From assembly GCA_963802945.1 (NCBI GenBank), contig CAWDKY010000053.1, positions 64,001 to 128,000 of the forward strand: a stretch of 64,000 nucleotides of DNA, written 5' to 3'. The translations under genes and the position numbers were made by a program. The stretch comes from an uncultured delta proteobacterium (lineage in GTDB: Bacteria; Desulfobacterota; RBG-13-43-22). Of the stretch, positions 1-10,286 are shown in pieces. The notes below the pieces were generated by a model. That model was not told the origin of the DNA, searched no databases, and saw only the letters and a program-made list of their open reading frames with translations. Each line of letters begins with the position of its first letter. Position 1 is the stretch's first letter.

Positions 1-3000
1 GACATGATGATCAAGGCCTCCTTCTCCAATTCGATGGTGGGCCCCTTAGTGCTCCGGCTCATATCGACCAGAAAGGCCACGGCGATGTCGCGCTTTTTTT
101 TCTGATGAAGGGTGTAGTTTTTTTCCGTGGGGGAAAGCCCGACTTTTCGGTCTACCCAATTTTCCACCACGGCGTCCAGGTCGATGTCATCCCCGTCGTA
201 TTGCCTCTTACGCTTAGTGAAGCCTTCCGGCTTGAGCATCTGAAACTCTCTTCTGATTTTTTTAAGAAGCCCGGCGTGCTTATCCAAAGCCTGCCGGTAA
301 AAGGCAAACGATCTCCCGGTCAAGGTCTGCTCGCGAATCCTGGCCCAGTTGCCCCGGTAGTCGTTGATATCCTCTCCCCATTCAGGGTATAGAGAGGTCC
401 CTCTTTCAGTCTGGAGTTCCGTCTTTTTCGCCAAAGAGGCCTCCAGGTTATGAAGAAAGAGATAAATCTCATTTTGATGCAGGGATTCAAGACGCCGCTC
501 GATTTCTTTAGGAGTAATCCCTTTCTCCCGGTAAAGGGCCCTGAGCAGCCGTTCTATCTTTTCCCGGGAATCGAATTTCATGGCCTCACCCACCCGGCCG
601 GTTTCTTCCGCTTCCGAATCCGGATCGCCGGATTCCTGTTTTCCTCCTCCGGCAGGACCGCGGAAGGTACGCTGTTCTTTCCCGGCCTGGTGCGGCCTCT
701 GCTGAATATTTTCCATGCTCGGACGGCTTGTGGTGGGTTGTGTTTCTCCCTCCGAACCGCTTTCGGCCTCCGGTTGCACCTTCGGCCGGTTGCTTCCTGC
801 AGATTGTCTGCCCTGTATCCGGTCCTGAATCTGCTGTGAGGTCTTGCCGAAGCTACCGATATTTTGGGCCACCTTGTCCTGATCCAGAGGTTTAGACATC
901 GGCTTTACCGGGCGATAGGGTTCCTTGAACCGCTCATGGATCATGAGGTACAGATCAAGGGCTGTTCGAGCAGATCGATGCACGTCGGCCGTTGGTTGTT
1001 CCAGGACTCTTGCCCCTTCCTGGGCCTTTTTAAGGACGGCAAGGGTTTGATCATCAACCTCGGGGAACGTTTTTTTGGCCATCAAGGACTGGCCGATCAT
1101 TTCTACGATCCGCTGTTTAGGATTGGTCATTTTTCGAGGAGAACTGCGTTTGGAAACCTGGTGGATGTTCATCCGGGAAATTTCTTCTCCTAAAGCAGGA
1201 TACTCCCACTTTAATATTTTTTCTATCCTCCAGTCTTCCATAAGGTTGAACAGATCACGGGCCAAATCCGGTTCCGGAAAAAGTCTGATAAACCGCTCCA
1301 TATCGCTTTCGCCCTCCATGGCCTTGAGTCCGAACAGAGAACCGATTCGTTTTGTGCAGTCATTGATCCTATCAAGATCGAATTCAAAACTCCCATACTC
1401 CAGGTGGGCTTCCTGGTGGGTAGCTGCCACTTTGTAATAGGTGAAGTTATCTGCCTGTTCCTGAAACTCCCTGATGCGACCTGGGAGGTAGATTTTTTTA
1501 CCGTCCGTATAGACCCTACCGGCCTCGTCAACCTCCACCCTCCGGCCTAAAAGGGCTTTTAGATAGGTGGACAAAATCGGTTTGATCGTTTTCAATTCCA
1601 ATCCCTTGGGGATATTTTCCAAAAAATCGGACAAGGATGAAGAATCCCCGGCAAGAAAAGAAAGGGCTTTTTCTTCATCTTCTCTGGCTGTGTTTTCAAG
1701 AAAAGCAGCCAGCTTGCCGAATCCTTCCAGTCCCAGCCATTCGAGAAAATCCGGGCTTTTTTCCAAAAGCTTCATAGCCACCGCCGGACTGGTATGGGCT
1801 ATCTTGGCCGCTAGATCATAAACCTTGGAAACCAGGGTCCAGTCCTTGGTTTGCCCCAGCCTATCGATCAATAATGGACTTTTCTCCAGGACAGATAAAG
1901 CGGCCATCCAGTCTGATACGGCCAGGGATGAAATAAACCCGGTTACGGTTTCCAGGCCTTCAAATCCTATCTGGTTCAACATGATCGGACTCAGATCCAG
2001 TAGACGGGTGGCGATTTGTCCATTGACCTTGGCCGCTTGAATCACCAAAACAAACAACCTCTCCAGTCCTTCCGCACCCAGTTTGGATAACAACTCAGGA
2101 CTTTTCTCTAAAAGAGGTGACGCCAACCTCCAGTTTGATTGGGCGGCCTCTCCGACCAGATCATAGACATGAAGGGCCTGCGCATTGTTCCCAACTGTCA
2201 GGAGGCGGTCGATCAAACCCGGCCCTTTTTCCAGAAGACTCACGGCTACAAAACTGTTTTCTCTGGCCAGGCTTCGGGCCACAGCCGAGATTCGTTCCAG
2301 ACCTTGGTAGCCCACCCGTTCCAGAAAAAGGGGACTCGCTTCCACCAGGCTTACAGCCGCAGTCCAGCTCTCAGGACCTATTTGAAGGGCCAACTCCTCC
2401 ACCTTTTGCAGGCTCTCGAATCCGTTCATTTTAATGATTTCAGGACTGCGACTCACCAGGCTGACGGCCAGCCGGGCATTGGTTTGAGCAGCTCGGCGGC
2501 CTATTCGGCAGACATCGGATACTAAAGAAGCATCGCCCAGTTTCAGAAGCTCATCAAGAATATGAGGACACTTGTCCAGAAATTGAACCGCTGTTGACCA
2601 GCTTTCTCTGGCCAGAAAAGCAGAAAAACCAGCGATCAGCCTTAAGCCCTCAAGCCCCAACCGATCGATCAGCTCAGGGCTTTTTAAAAAAAGTTGTGAA
2701 GCCGTTTCCCAGCTTTCCTTAGCGATGGGGACAATGAGCTCGACAACTTGTCTGATGCCCTCCTGATCAATCCTTTCAAAGAGCGACGGGACGGCCTTCA
2801 GAAAAGCCTCTGCGGCCTTTCGGCTGATATCGGCAATCATTTGGGTAAGGGCCGCAAGTTCTTTTACATCGTTATGACGGGATGAACCGGCCAAGTGGAG
2901 ACCGGCGACAATAAATAAAAGGTCGATCTCAGAACCGGACCCGGTTAGCTTGCTTCCCAATTCATAAATTTCATTCGCTTGATCCGGATGAATGTGTGAA

Positions 3001-3941
3001 AGCAATCCCTCGATCCTATCCGGACTTTCCTTGATAAGGGTAACGGCCCTTTCCCAATCGTCCGCTGCTATGGCCATGGCGCATCGGCGGATCGAATCCA
3101 GACCGGTTGGACCCAACCGATTGAGCAAAAGAGGGGCGGCATCGAAAAGTGTTTGGGTTAATTTCGCCTTGAAGGGAATAGCCAGGTTGGCCTGCTCATA
3201 GAGGCCGAGTAAATATTCAAGAGATATTCGAGAAATGAGTTTTCCGGCTGTGACCGGGCTGTTCCTAACAAATTCCAAAGCGCAGTTCCAATCGTCGGCA
3301 GCCATATGTGCCCCCAAACTGTAAACAGCTAAGACCAATGGTTGGCCGCCCTGGTCCTTGAGCTGTTTTATAATGGATAAACTGCTTTCAACCTCCTTCA
3401 GCGCATAGATCCAGCTTGAACTGGCGATGACCGCGATGAAACCGGCCACCTTTTCCAGCCCGTCGAAGCCGATGGCTTCAATGAGATCCGGGCTCTTTTC
3501 AGTCAGACTCACGGCTGTAGCCGTATGGACGCCGGCCACTTCGGCCATCAGAGAGGCTGTTCTGACCAGCGTCTCATAGCCGTCCTTTTCCATGATCCGG
3601 GGACTCATCTCTAAAAATCTCACGGGCAATAGAGGTCCAAAGGAAATCATTTGATTGGCCAGACTGTAAATATTAAGTACCAGATCTTCGCCATAGGACA
3701 GGAGCCTCTCTATAATGGCTGGACTCTTTTCCATCAGGTAAAGGGCCGCTTGCCGGTCTTCTTGCTTGAGCCGGGCTATCAGGATTCCGATAAAATTAAT
3801 ACCTTCATAACCGAAACGATTGATCAGCGGGAACAGAGCATCGCCGAAACGGGAAACGATTTCGTTTTTGTGGTCTTCGTCGTCTTCGTCCGTCTTTATG
3901 ATGGGATTGGAGGTTTCGTCGTCAGGGGCGTTTATCGACAT
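1..3941 (-). CDS. Giant NorD/CbbO-family VWA-domain protein with N-terminal alpha-helical tandem repeats (3' end outside window)
   Basis: Hand translation from ATG at 3941 (MSINAPDDETSNPII...) is in the same frame as the codons at the window edge. It has NorD/CbbO motifs YTDGKKIYLP, AATHQEAHLEYGSF, LMEDWRIE, LYPEW..DINDYRGNW, DGDDIDLDAVV and the VWA start RDIAVAFLVDMSRST..IELEKEALIIM. It lies directly downstream of a NorQ-type ATPase. Confidence 0.88.
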   Translation of the reverse strand, partial: MSINAPDDETSNPIIKTDEDDEDHKNEIVSRFGDALFPLINRFGYEGINFIGILIARLKQEDRQAALYLMEKSPAIIERLLSYGEDLVLNIYSLANQMISFGPLLPVRFLEMSPRIMEKDGYETLVRTASLMAEVAGVHTATAVSLTEKSPDLIEAIGFDGLEKVAGFIAVIASSSWIYALKEVESSLSIIKQLKDQGGQPLVLAVYSLGAHMAADDWNCALEFVRNSPVTAGKLISRISLEYLLGLYEQANLAIPFKAKLTQTLFDAAPLLLNRLGPTGLDSIRRCAMAIAADDWERAVTLIKESPDRIEGLLSHIHPDQANEIYELGSKLTGSGSEIDLLFIVAGLHLAGSSRHNDVKELAALTQMIADISRKAAEAFLKAVPSLFERIDQEGIRQVVELIVPIAKESWETASQLFLKSPELIDRLGLEGLRLIAGFSAFLARESWSTAVQFLDKCPHILDELLKLGDASLVSDVCRIGRRAAQTNARLAVSLVSRSPEIIKMNGFESLQKVEELALQIGPESWTAAVSLVEASPLFLERVGYQGLERISAVARSLARENSFVAVSLLEKGPGLIDRLLTVGNNAQALHVYDLVGEAAQSNWRLASPLLEKSPELLSKLGAEGLERLFVLVIQAAKVNGQIATRLLDLSPIMLNQIGFEGLETVTGFISSLAVSDWMAALSVLEKSPLLIDRLGQTKDWTLVSKVYDLAAKIAHTSPAVAMKLLEKSPDFLEWLGLEGFGKLAAFLENTAREDEEKALSFLAGDSSSLSDFLENIPKGLELKTIKPILSTYLKALLGRRVEVDEAGRVYTDGKKIYLPGRIREFQEQADNFTYYKVAATHQEAHLEYGSFEFDLDRINDCTKRIGSLFGLKAMEGESDMERFIRLFPEPDLARDLFNLMEDWRIEKILKWEYPALGEEISRMNIHQVSKRSSPRKMTNPKQRIVEMIGQSLMAKKTFPEVDDQTLAVLKKAQEGARVLEQPTADVHRSARTALDLYLMIHERFKEPYRPVKPMSKPLDQDKVAQNIGSFGKTSQQIQDRIQGRQSAGSNRPKVQPEAESGSEGETQPTTSRPSMENIQQRPHQAGKEQRTFRGPAGGGKQESGDPDSEAEETGRVGEAMKFDSREKIERLLRALYREKGITPKEIERRLESLHQNEIYLFLHNLEASLAKKTELQTERGTSLYPEWGEDINDYRGNWARIREQTLTGRSFAFYRQALDKHAGLLKKIRREFQMLKPEGFTKRKRQYDGDDIDLDAVVENWVDRKVGLSPTEKNYTLHQKKKRDIAVAFLVDMSRSTKGPTIELEKEALIIM

Positions 3942-4002
3942 GGGTCTTTGATACCTGTTTTAATAATAAAAAAATCTAAGGAGTCAGAACCGTTTATTTC
4001 TT

Positions 4003-4163
4003 CTGGATTCCCGTTTTCACGGGAATGACTTCGAGAGAAAATTATTGTCATTCCTACGAAAGCAGGAATCCCGACGTCGTCCTAACGAAAGTCGAGAACC
4101 AGTCCAATCATCCTGGATTCCGACTGGAGTCTATCCCAAACTTGATGAGGGGCCGGAATGACG
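4003..4163. repeat. REP-like palindromic repeat cluster (GGATTCCCG..CGGGAATGAC type)
   Basis: ctggattcccgttttcacgggaatgac (4003-4029) faces gtcattcctacgaaagcaggaatcc (4047-4071), with a further ctggattccg...ccggaatgac unit at about 4112-4162. Confidence 0.7.
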
Positions 4164-4188
4164 ATAAACGGACTTCTTTAAATGTCTT

Positions 4189-5019
4189 TTAAAAATTGAA
4201 ATAATTTTTCAGCACCTCTTCGATACTTTTCTTCAGATCCAGATCATAGGTCAGCGGTTCGATCATGGTGGCCCGGAGTGCGTCTCTGACCGGCAAACCA
4301 TTTCTAAGCAGTGTTCCGGCATAGACCAATTCGCGAGTGGAAACCCCTTCTTCCAGCCCCTGATGCACCAGATTCCGTATCCTGTTAGCCGCCTTGACCA
4401 GCTTTTCGGCCGTCTTTTCATCCACCCCGGCTTCCCTGCTGACAATGCGCACCTCCAGATCTTCCTTCGGCCAACCCAGATTGATCGAAACAAAACGCTG
4501 TCGTGTACTGGGCTTCAGCTCCTTGAGCACACTTTGATAATTAGGATTATAACTGATGACCAGCATAAATGCTTCCGGGGCATGAAAAATCTTCCCCCGT
4601 TTCTCCACCGGCATGCAGCGCCGATGGTCCGTCAGGGGATGGATGACCACGGTCACATCCTTTCGGGCTTCAACCACTTCGTCCAAATAGGCCAAGCCTC
4701 CTTCACGGACGGCCATCAGAAGCGGTCCGTCTATCCACTCGACCTCGTCTCCCTTAATGATGTAGCGTCCGGTGAGGTCATTGGCGCTTAGATCGTCGTG
4801 GCAGGCCACCGTGTAAAGGGGCAGTTTCAGCCGCCAGGCCATGTACTCAACCAGTCTGGTCTTTCCGCTTCCCGTCGGGCCATTGAGCAAAACCGGCAGC
4901 TTGTTTTTATGGGCCGCTTCGAACATGATGATCTCGTTTCCCTGGGGAAGATAAAAAGGTTCCTGGGTTACCTTGAAATCCCCATTTTCGAATTTCTCTG
5001 TTTTATTTCCTTTTGACAT
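4189..5019 (-). CDS. CbbQ/NirQ/NorQ-family AAA+ ATPase (MoxR group)
   Basis: EPFYLPQGNE, Walker A GPTGSGKT, CHDDLSANDLTGRY, WIDGPL, YLDEVVEAR, SYNPNYQSVLKELKPSTRQRF, EGVSTR. Confidence 0.95.
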   Translation of the reverse strand: MSKGNKTEKFENGDFKVTQEPFYLPQGNEIIMFEAAHKNKLPVLLNGPTGSGKTRLVEYMAWRLKLPLYTVACHDDLSANDLTGRYIIKGDEVEWIDGPLLMAVREGGLAYLDEVVEARKDVTVVIHPLTDHRRCMPVEKRGKIFHAPEAFMLVISYNPNYQSVLKELKPSTRQRFVSINLGWPKEDLEVRIVSREAGVDEKTAEKLVKAANRIRNLVHQGLEEGVSTRELVYAGTLLRNGLPVRDALRATMIEPLTYDLDLKKSIEEVLKNYFNF

Positions 5020-5351
5020 CTTCCATTCCTTTCAGCTCAATCAATTCATCAAATGTTCTCTTAAAATATTCATCTTTCGTTTCAAGGCAATACCGATCTT
5101 AGATTGTAAGGCCATATTCCCCTTTTGAATTATTTAAGCTTATTGTTAATATAGGTACGAAACAGAAAAATATCAATATTAATGGACTCGAAAAAAGTTC
5201 ATCAACAGGCCGAGGACGATTAAGTCCCGGCCTAGGGTGAAGATGGAACCGCTTGAACTTTATTCCCGTGGCGGGTGAGGGGAAGCCCTTTCCCTCCTCG
5301 TGGAAAGCCGTATTTTGACTTTTTGCTAAAGTTATCAATATGGAACCGGCA

Positions 5352-5367
5352 TTGGCTTAAACATCGC
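5352..5367 (+). promoter_or_regulatory. Possible sigma54 -24/-12 promoter for the ABC/CoA-transferase operon
   Basis: TTGGCTTAAACATCGC has GG-N10-GC spacing, about 125 bp upstream of the SBP start. The match to consensus is imperfect. Confidence 0.35.
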
Positions 5368-5492
5368 GCAGAAGGAGTTAAATGACCCCGGCAAAGCAGA
5401 GGGCTTGTTTAATTTAATCCTTTATTTTTAACTAAATTTTTTATAAGATCATTCAATAATTTTTTTAATCTTACTTTTAGGGAGGGGACAAC

Positions 5493-6752
5493 ATGAAAAG
5501 ATGCCAGTTATTTACATGGATGATGGTCTTTTTCCTTTTTATGACCGTAGGTGCTTTAGCCGCCGGTCCTGATACCACCGGGCCGATCAAGATCGGGTTT
5601 ATGGGCAATTTATCGGCGCCTTCTTCTTTAAGCGCCAAGGCCGCTGCCATGATGGCGGTTGATGAGATGAATAAAAGCGGCGGTATATTGGGGAGGCAGA
5701 TCAAACTGATTGTCGAAGACACCAAAGGAGAGATTCCCAAATGTGTGGAGTTGTATAAAAAATTGGTTATGAATGACCAGGTCCTGGCGGTAGTCATCGC
5801 CGAAAAGGTGGAAATGGGCGTGGCCGGGATGGAGATCGGCGCTGAATTATTCCCGGAATATCCCCATATATTTTTCAGCACCATCGGCTCTGGGGATGAT
5901 ATCTGGCATCATGTCAGGGACAATTACAAAAAATACCGCTTTGGGTTCCAGACCTATTATGCCATTTCCACCAACTATCTGAAGATCAATGCCGATCTCA
6001 ATGCGGATATCTTCAAAAACCTGGTCAAGACCAAAAAAGTGGCCATTATTTATGAGGACATGGAGTGGACCAAACCCCTGCGCAAAGGACTGCCGGGGGT
6101 TTCGCCCCGTCTGGCCGACGTCTACAAAAGTAAAGGCCTGGAGGTCGTTTATGAAACAACCGTCTCTCTCGACCAAAAGATGTTTAACCCCATCTTTGAA
6201 GAGATCGCCAAAAGCGGTGCCGGTGTGATCGATTGCGTGGTTGGGTATATTGATCAAGGGGCCTTCATCAAGCAGTGGGCTCAATCGAGTGCCAAAAATA
6301 TCCCTTGGTCCATGTGGGGAGGATTGGCCGGCATGCCGCAGGCCTGGAAAATGACCGAAGGGAAAGTGATGGGAGGTATGATCGGCTCCTCTATGGTCAA
6401 GGTGGCCATCACACCCAAGACGATTCCATTTATGGATAACCTGGTTAAGGATTATAAGGTCGGGCCGATCTTCGGCTCCCATACGACTTATGATACCTTG
6501 TACGCCTTTAAAAAGGCCCTGGAAAAAGCAGGCCGGACCGGAAATGTGGACGCTATTATCAAACAATTAGAACAAGTGCAAGAGGTGGCAGTATTGGGAA
6601 CCATGGGCTGGGATCCTAAATACCATTACAACCTTCCGTATCCCAAATACATCACCCCAACGATCCAATGGCAGAAAGAAGAAATGAAGGTCATTTATCC
6701 CAAGCAATATAAGACGGGAAATTATATTTCTCCAGCCGATCTGCGGAAATAG
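5493..6752 (+). CDS. ABC transporter substrate-binding protein, Liv/HAAT family
   Basis: Signal peptide, PIKIGFMGNLS, MAVDEMNKSGGILGRQIKLIVEDT; followed by Liv-type permeases and ATPases; GGAGG RBS. Confidence 0.92.
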   Translation: MKRCQLFTWMMVFFLFMTVGALAAGPDTTGPIKIGFMGNLSAPSSLSAKAAAMMAVDEMNKSGGILGRQIKLIVEDTKGEIPKCVELYKKLVMNDQVLAVVIAEKVEMGVAGMEIGAELFPEYPHIFFSTIGSGDDIWHHVRDNYKKYRFGFQTYYAISTNYLKINADLNADIFKNLVKTKKVAIIYEDMEWTKPLRKGLPGVSPRLADVYKSKGLEVVYETTVSLDQKMFNPIFEEIAKSGAGVIDCVVGYIDQGAFIKQWAQSSAKNIPWSMWGGLAGMPQAWKMTEGKVMGGMIGSSMVKVAITPKTIPFMDNLVKDYKVGPIFGSHTTYDTLYAFKKALEKAGRTGNVDAIIKQLEQVQEVAVLGTMGWDPKYHYNLPYPKYITPTIQWQKEEMKVIYPKQYKTGNYISPADLRK

Positions 6753-6870
6753 TTCGATTCTAAGGAAAATAAGGTTCCCTGTTGTCCACAGGTAAAGCAA
6801 AGGGCTTATAGGTAAACATCTTGAGGGGCGGTCTCCATGGCCGCCCTTTTCCCCATAGGAAAGTGACTCA

Positions 6871-7746
6871 ATGAATGAGACTATGCTATCCATTCTCATC
6901 TTCACCTTTATCTGGGGTTCCATCTATCTTTTGATTGCCCTCGGTTTCTCTTTGATCTGTGGGGTACTCCGGATTTTTCATTTGGGCTATGGGGTGACTT
7001 TTGTCCTGGCGGCTTATGCGGTCTGGGCCTTTATGGAAAATGTCGGATTGGGTTTGATTCCCAGCATCCTTTTGATGGTTTTGGTCCAGATCGCTTTTTC
7101 CCTTTTAGTCTTTTATAAAGGTGTCTTTGAGCGATATTTGGAGCAGGAGGAGATTCTCTTAACCCTTTCGGTACTCATCTTTGTTCTAATCGCCCATCTG
7201 GCCAATTATCTTTATCCGGTTACCGCCGGGGTTTCCATTCCCACAACCATAAGCGATGGAATGATTACTATCGGGGAGGTCAAGATTGCCAATCAGATGG
7301 TTTTTGCGGCCCTGGTCGGGATTTTGGTGACGCTGATTTATGTGATCTGGTTTATGAAAACCCGGACCGGCCTGATCATCCGGGCCATCAGTCAGAACCT
7401 TTCCGCAGCCACGCTCATGGGGGCCAGCGTCAATCGCATGTATTATCTGGCCATCGTCCTTTCGGTGATCCCGCCGACCATCTGCATGCTGGTTATAGCA
7501 CCCTTCTGGGGCATCGATCCCTTTATGGGTTCACCCTTGCTGATGACTGCCATGCTCATTGCCATCCTAGGCGGACTGGGTAATTTGAAAGGAAGCATCG
7601 TTGCTTCTTATTTGATCGGTTTCATTCACTCTTCTGTGAGCTTTCTTTATGTTTCTCGTTTTATGGGACTGGCGGCCTTGATCGTCACCTTGATCGTCAT
7701 GATATTCCGACGGGGAGGTCTGTTCGCGGGAGAAACCATATGGTAG
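6871..7746 (+). CDS. Branched-chain amino acid-type ABC permease (LivH-like)
   Basis: Y.LIALGFSLICGVLRIFHLGYG, TRTGLIIRAISQN...ATLMGAS, ILGGLGNLKGS. Confidence 0.92.
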   Translation: MNETMLSILIFTFIWGSIYLLIALGFSLICGVLRIFHLGYGVTFVLAAYAVWAFMENVGLGLIPSILLMVLVQIAFSLLVFYKGVFERYLEQEEILLTLSVLIFVLIAHLANYLYPVTAGVSIPTTISDGMITIGEVKIANQMVFAALVGILVTLIYVIWFMKTRTGLIIRAISQNLSAATLMGASVNRMYYLAIVLSVIPPTICMLVIAPFWGIDPFMGSPLLMTAMLIAILGGLGNLKGSIVASYLIGFIHSSVSFLYVSRFMGLAALIVTLIVMIFRRGGLFAGETIW

Positions 7747-8783
7747 ATTTTGAATTAAGAAGGGATCGGATCCTGGCCCGTTGGGGAGATCAAAAATATG
7801 AGTGGGTCATTGAACCCCGATATTGGCGGAATCCGGCTATTGGGGTGGCTATGCTGGTGATTCTTCCTCTGTTCACCTACTCCTACCCGAACATCTTGAC
7901 CATGATTACCACCGCCAATCTCTATGCTGCTATAGCCATCCCGCTGGGCTTGCAAATGTTGGGAACGGCCCGGGTCAATTTCGGCCCACAGCTTTTTCTG
8001 GGGATCGGCGGATATACTGCGGCCCTGCTAAATCTGCATTGGGGCTTGAGTCCGGCCTTTACCCTGCTGGCTACTATCCTGATCTGCACAGCCATCGCCC
8101 TTCTGCTCAGTCCGACGACCTGGATCGCCAGGGGGTTATACTTTTCACTCATCACCATGATCCTACCCCTGGCCTTTCTGGATGTCACCTTTATCTGGGG
8201 GGATCTTTTCCGCGGAGAAGTGGGATTGACGGGCATGAGTCCTTTAGTGAGCCTTGGGAAGGTCAAATTGAATTACCTGGCCTATTTTTATCTTTCTCTT
8301 TTTCTGATGCTCAGCTACCTTTTTATTTCCGATAAGATTGCTCGCTCCCGATTCGGTGTCAACTTGGCCGCCATCAACGAGAATGAAGATGTGGCTCGAA
8401 TGATGGGGGTGAATGTGGACCGCTATAAAATCTTTTATTATGTCTTCCCTTCCGTCCTGACCGGCATCGTCGGTTGGTTCATCGTCCACACCTTCCGCAC
8501 CTTTGCCGGGGTAACTTACCTGCCCCTTGATTTTATGATCAAAATTTTAATTATCACCATCATCGGGGGACGGGCCTTTGTGTACGGGGCCGTTCCCGGG
8601 GCCTATCTGATTTCCATCGTGGAAGATTCCTTGCGTAGTCTGGGTCCGATCAATTATGTCCTGTTCCCCCTGGTGCTGATCATCGCCATTATTATTCTTC
8701 CTCGGGGTGAAGGACTCTGGGGACTTTATCACAAACACCATCACCGGGATTATTTTCCTACCCTCCATGTCAGGAGAGATTAA
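7740..8783 (+). CDS. Branched-chain amino acid-type ABC permease (LivM-like)
   Basis: FLGIGGYTAA, RGLYFSLIT, SRFGVNLAAINENEDVARMMGVN. Confidence 0.92.
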   Translation: MVDFELRRDRILARWGDQKYEWVIEPRYWRNPAIGVAMLVILPLFTYSYPNILTMITTANLYAAIAIPLGLQMLGTARVNFGPQLFLGIGGYTAALLNLHWGLSPAFTLLATILICTAIALLLSPTTWIARGLYFSLITMILPLAFLDVTFIWGDLFRGEVGLTGMSPLVSLGKVKLNYLAYFYLSLFLMLSYLFISDKIARSRFGVNLAAINENEDVARMMGVNVDRYKIFYYVFPSVLTGIVGWFIVHTFRTFAGVTYLPLDFMIKILIITIIGGRAFVYGAVPGAYLISIVEDSLRSLGPINYVLFPLVLIIAIIILPRGEGLWGLYHKHHHRDYFPTLHVRRD

Positions 8784-8785
8784 AG

Positions 8786-9523
8786 GTGCTTGAGATCACA
8801 AACGTCACTAAGACCTTTGGGGGTCTTTCGGCCGTAGACGAGGTCAGCTTTAATGTCAACGAAGGGGAAGTGGTAGGGCTGATTGGGCCGAACGGGGCCG
8901 GGAAAACTACCCTGCTGAACCTCATCTGCGGTATTTACAAACCAGATTCCGGATTGATTCGTTTTAATGGTACGGATATTACCGGCCATTCCCCCCATAG
9001 GGTCTGCAGACTGGGTATTTCTCGGACCTACCAGATTCCCCAGCCCTTTGAAGCCATGACGGCCTTGGCTGGGGTTCTGGTAAGCGTCTTGAACGGGAAA
9101 AGACGTCCAAACATGAGTCTCTCCGATGCCGCCCTGGAGGCCTCCTATTATCTGGAATTCGTTGGGTTGTTCTCCAAGAGGGATACCCTGGCCCGTGACT
9201 TGAACCTCTACGAACTGCGCATGCTTGAATTAGCCAGGGCCCTGGCCACCACTCCGAAACTTTTGCTTTTAGATGAAGCCATGGCCGGGTTAAACCCGAC
9301 CGAGGCCTTCCGGGCTCTGGAGATGATCTGGAATGCCCAGGAACAGTTCGCTATCACAATTCTTTGGATCGAGCATGTCATGAAAATCATCATGAGCGCG
9401 GCTAAACGGATTGTGGTCCTCCAGTACGGCAAAAAGATCGCTGAAGGTTCTCCTCAGGAGATCTCCAGTGATCCCAAAATCATCGAGGCTTATCTGGGAG
9501 TACGGCATGCTCAAAATAAGTAA
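8786..9523 (+). CDS. ABC ATP-binding protein (LivG-like)
   Basis: KTFGGLSAVD, GPNGAGKTT, LLLLDEAMAGLN, IEHVM, IIEAYLG. Confidence 0.95.
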   Translation: MLEITNVTKTFGGLSAVDEVSFNVNEGEVVGLIGPNGAGKTTLLNLICGIYKPDSGLIRFNGTDITGHSPHRVCRLGISRTYQIPQPFEAMTALAGVLVSVLNGKRRPNMSLSDAALEASYYLEFVGLFSKRDTLARDLNLYELRMLELARALATTPKLLLLDEAMAGLNPTEAFRALEMIWNAQEQFAITILWIEHVMKIIMSAAKRIVVLQYGKKIAEGSPQEISSDPKIIEAYLGVRHAQNK

Positions 9524-10211
9524 TTTAAACGCCTCCTATGGGGTGATTCCTATTCTCCATAACGTGGAAATGGAAGTTCGGGAAGGTGAGATTGTTGCTT
9601 TATTGGGCGGAAACGGGGCAGGAAAAACCACCTTGCTCAATACCATCTCCGGGGTTATAAGAAGCCGATCCGGAAGGATAACCTTCCTGGGCACCGACAT
9701 CCAAAACCGGCCTTCTGATAAAATTGTCCAATTGGGGATTACTCAGATACCTGAAGGGAGAAAAATTTTTACTTACCTGACCGTCAAAGAAAATCTTCTC
9801 ATGGGGGCTTGTACGCCTACGGCCTGGCGAAAACGACTGAACATGTTGGAGCGAGTCTGCACCCTCTTTCCCATTCTGAAAGAAAGGGCCAACCAACGGG
9901 CCAGCCTGATGAGCGGGGGAGAACAGCAGATGCTGGTCATCGCCCGGGGATTGATGGCCCATCCTAAACTGCTGATGATTGATGAGCCTTCTCTGGGTCT
10001 CAGCCCCCTGATCATGTCTCAGATCTTTGAGGTCATCAAAACCTTCCCGGCCGATGGAATCACCGTGTTGCTGTCGGAACAAAATGCCTTATACGCCCTG
10101 GAAATTGCCGACAGGGGTTATGTCCTGCAGGACGGCCAGGTCGTCTTGGAAGGAGCAGGCGATTTTCTTTTGAACAGTGAACTGGTTAAAAAGGCCTATA
10201 TCGGGATGTAG
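9507..10211 (+). CDS. ABC ATP-binding protein (LivF-like)
   Basis: ATG at 9507 overlaps the livG-like end; GGNGAGKTT, IPEGRKIF, MSGGEQQML, IDEPSLGLSP. Confidence 0.95.
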   Translation: MLKISNLNASYGVIPILHNVEMEVREGEIVALLGGNGAGKTTLLNTISGVIRSRSGRITFLGTDIQNRPSDKIVQLGITQIPEGRKIFTYLTVKENLLMGACTPTAWRKRLNMLERVCTLFPILKERANQRASLMSGGEQQMLVIARGLMAHPKLLMIDEPSLGLSPLIMSQIFEVIKTFPADGITVLLSEQNALYALEIADRGYVLQDGQVVLEGAGDFLLNSELVKKAYIGM

Positions 10212-10286
10212 ATAAATCGAAGCTGAAAGAGAAAGGGAAAGAATGAATCCAATCAGCTTGTGTATTGTAAAGGAGAGAATGGGGTG

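Noticed and set aside
105-4028. Plus-strand ORFs listed in the track over 105-4028
   Set aside because: They are antisense shadows of the long minus-strand NorD-like gene and show no recognisable motifs.
4189-5019. Evidence of denitrification or Calvin cycle from the NorQ/CbbQ hit
   Set aside because: No norCB or Rubisco gene is in the window, so family membership alone does not establish the pathway.
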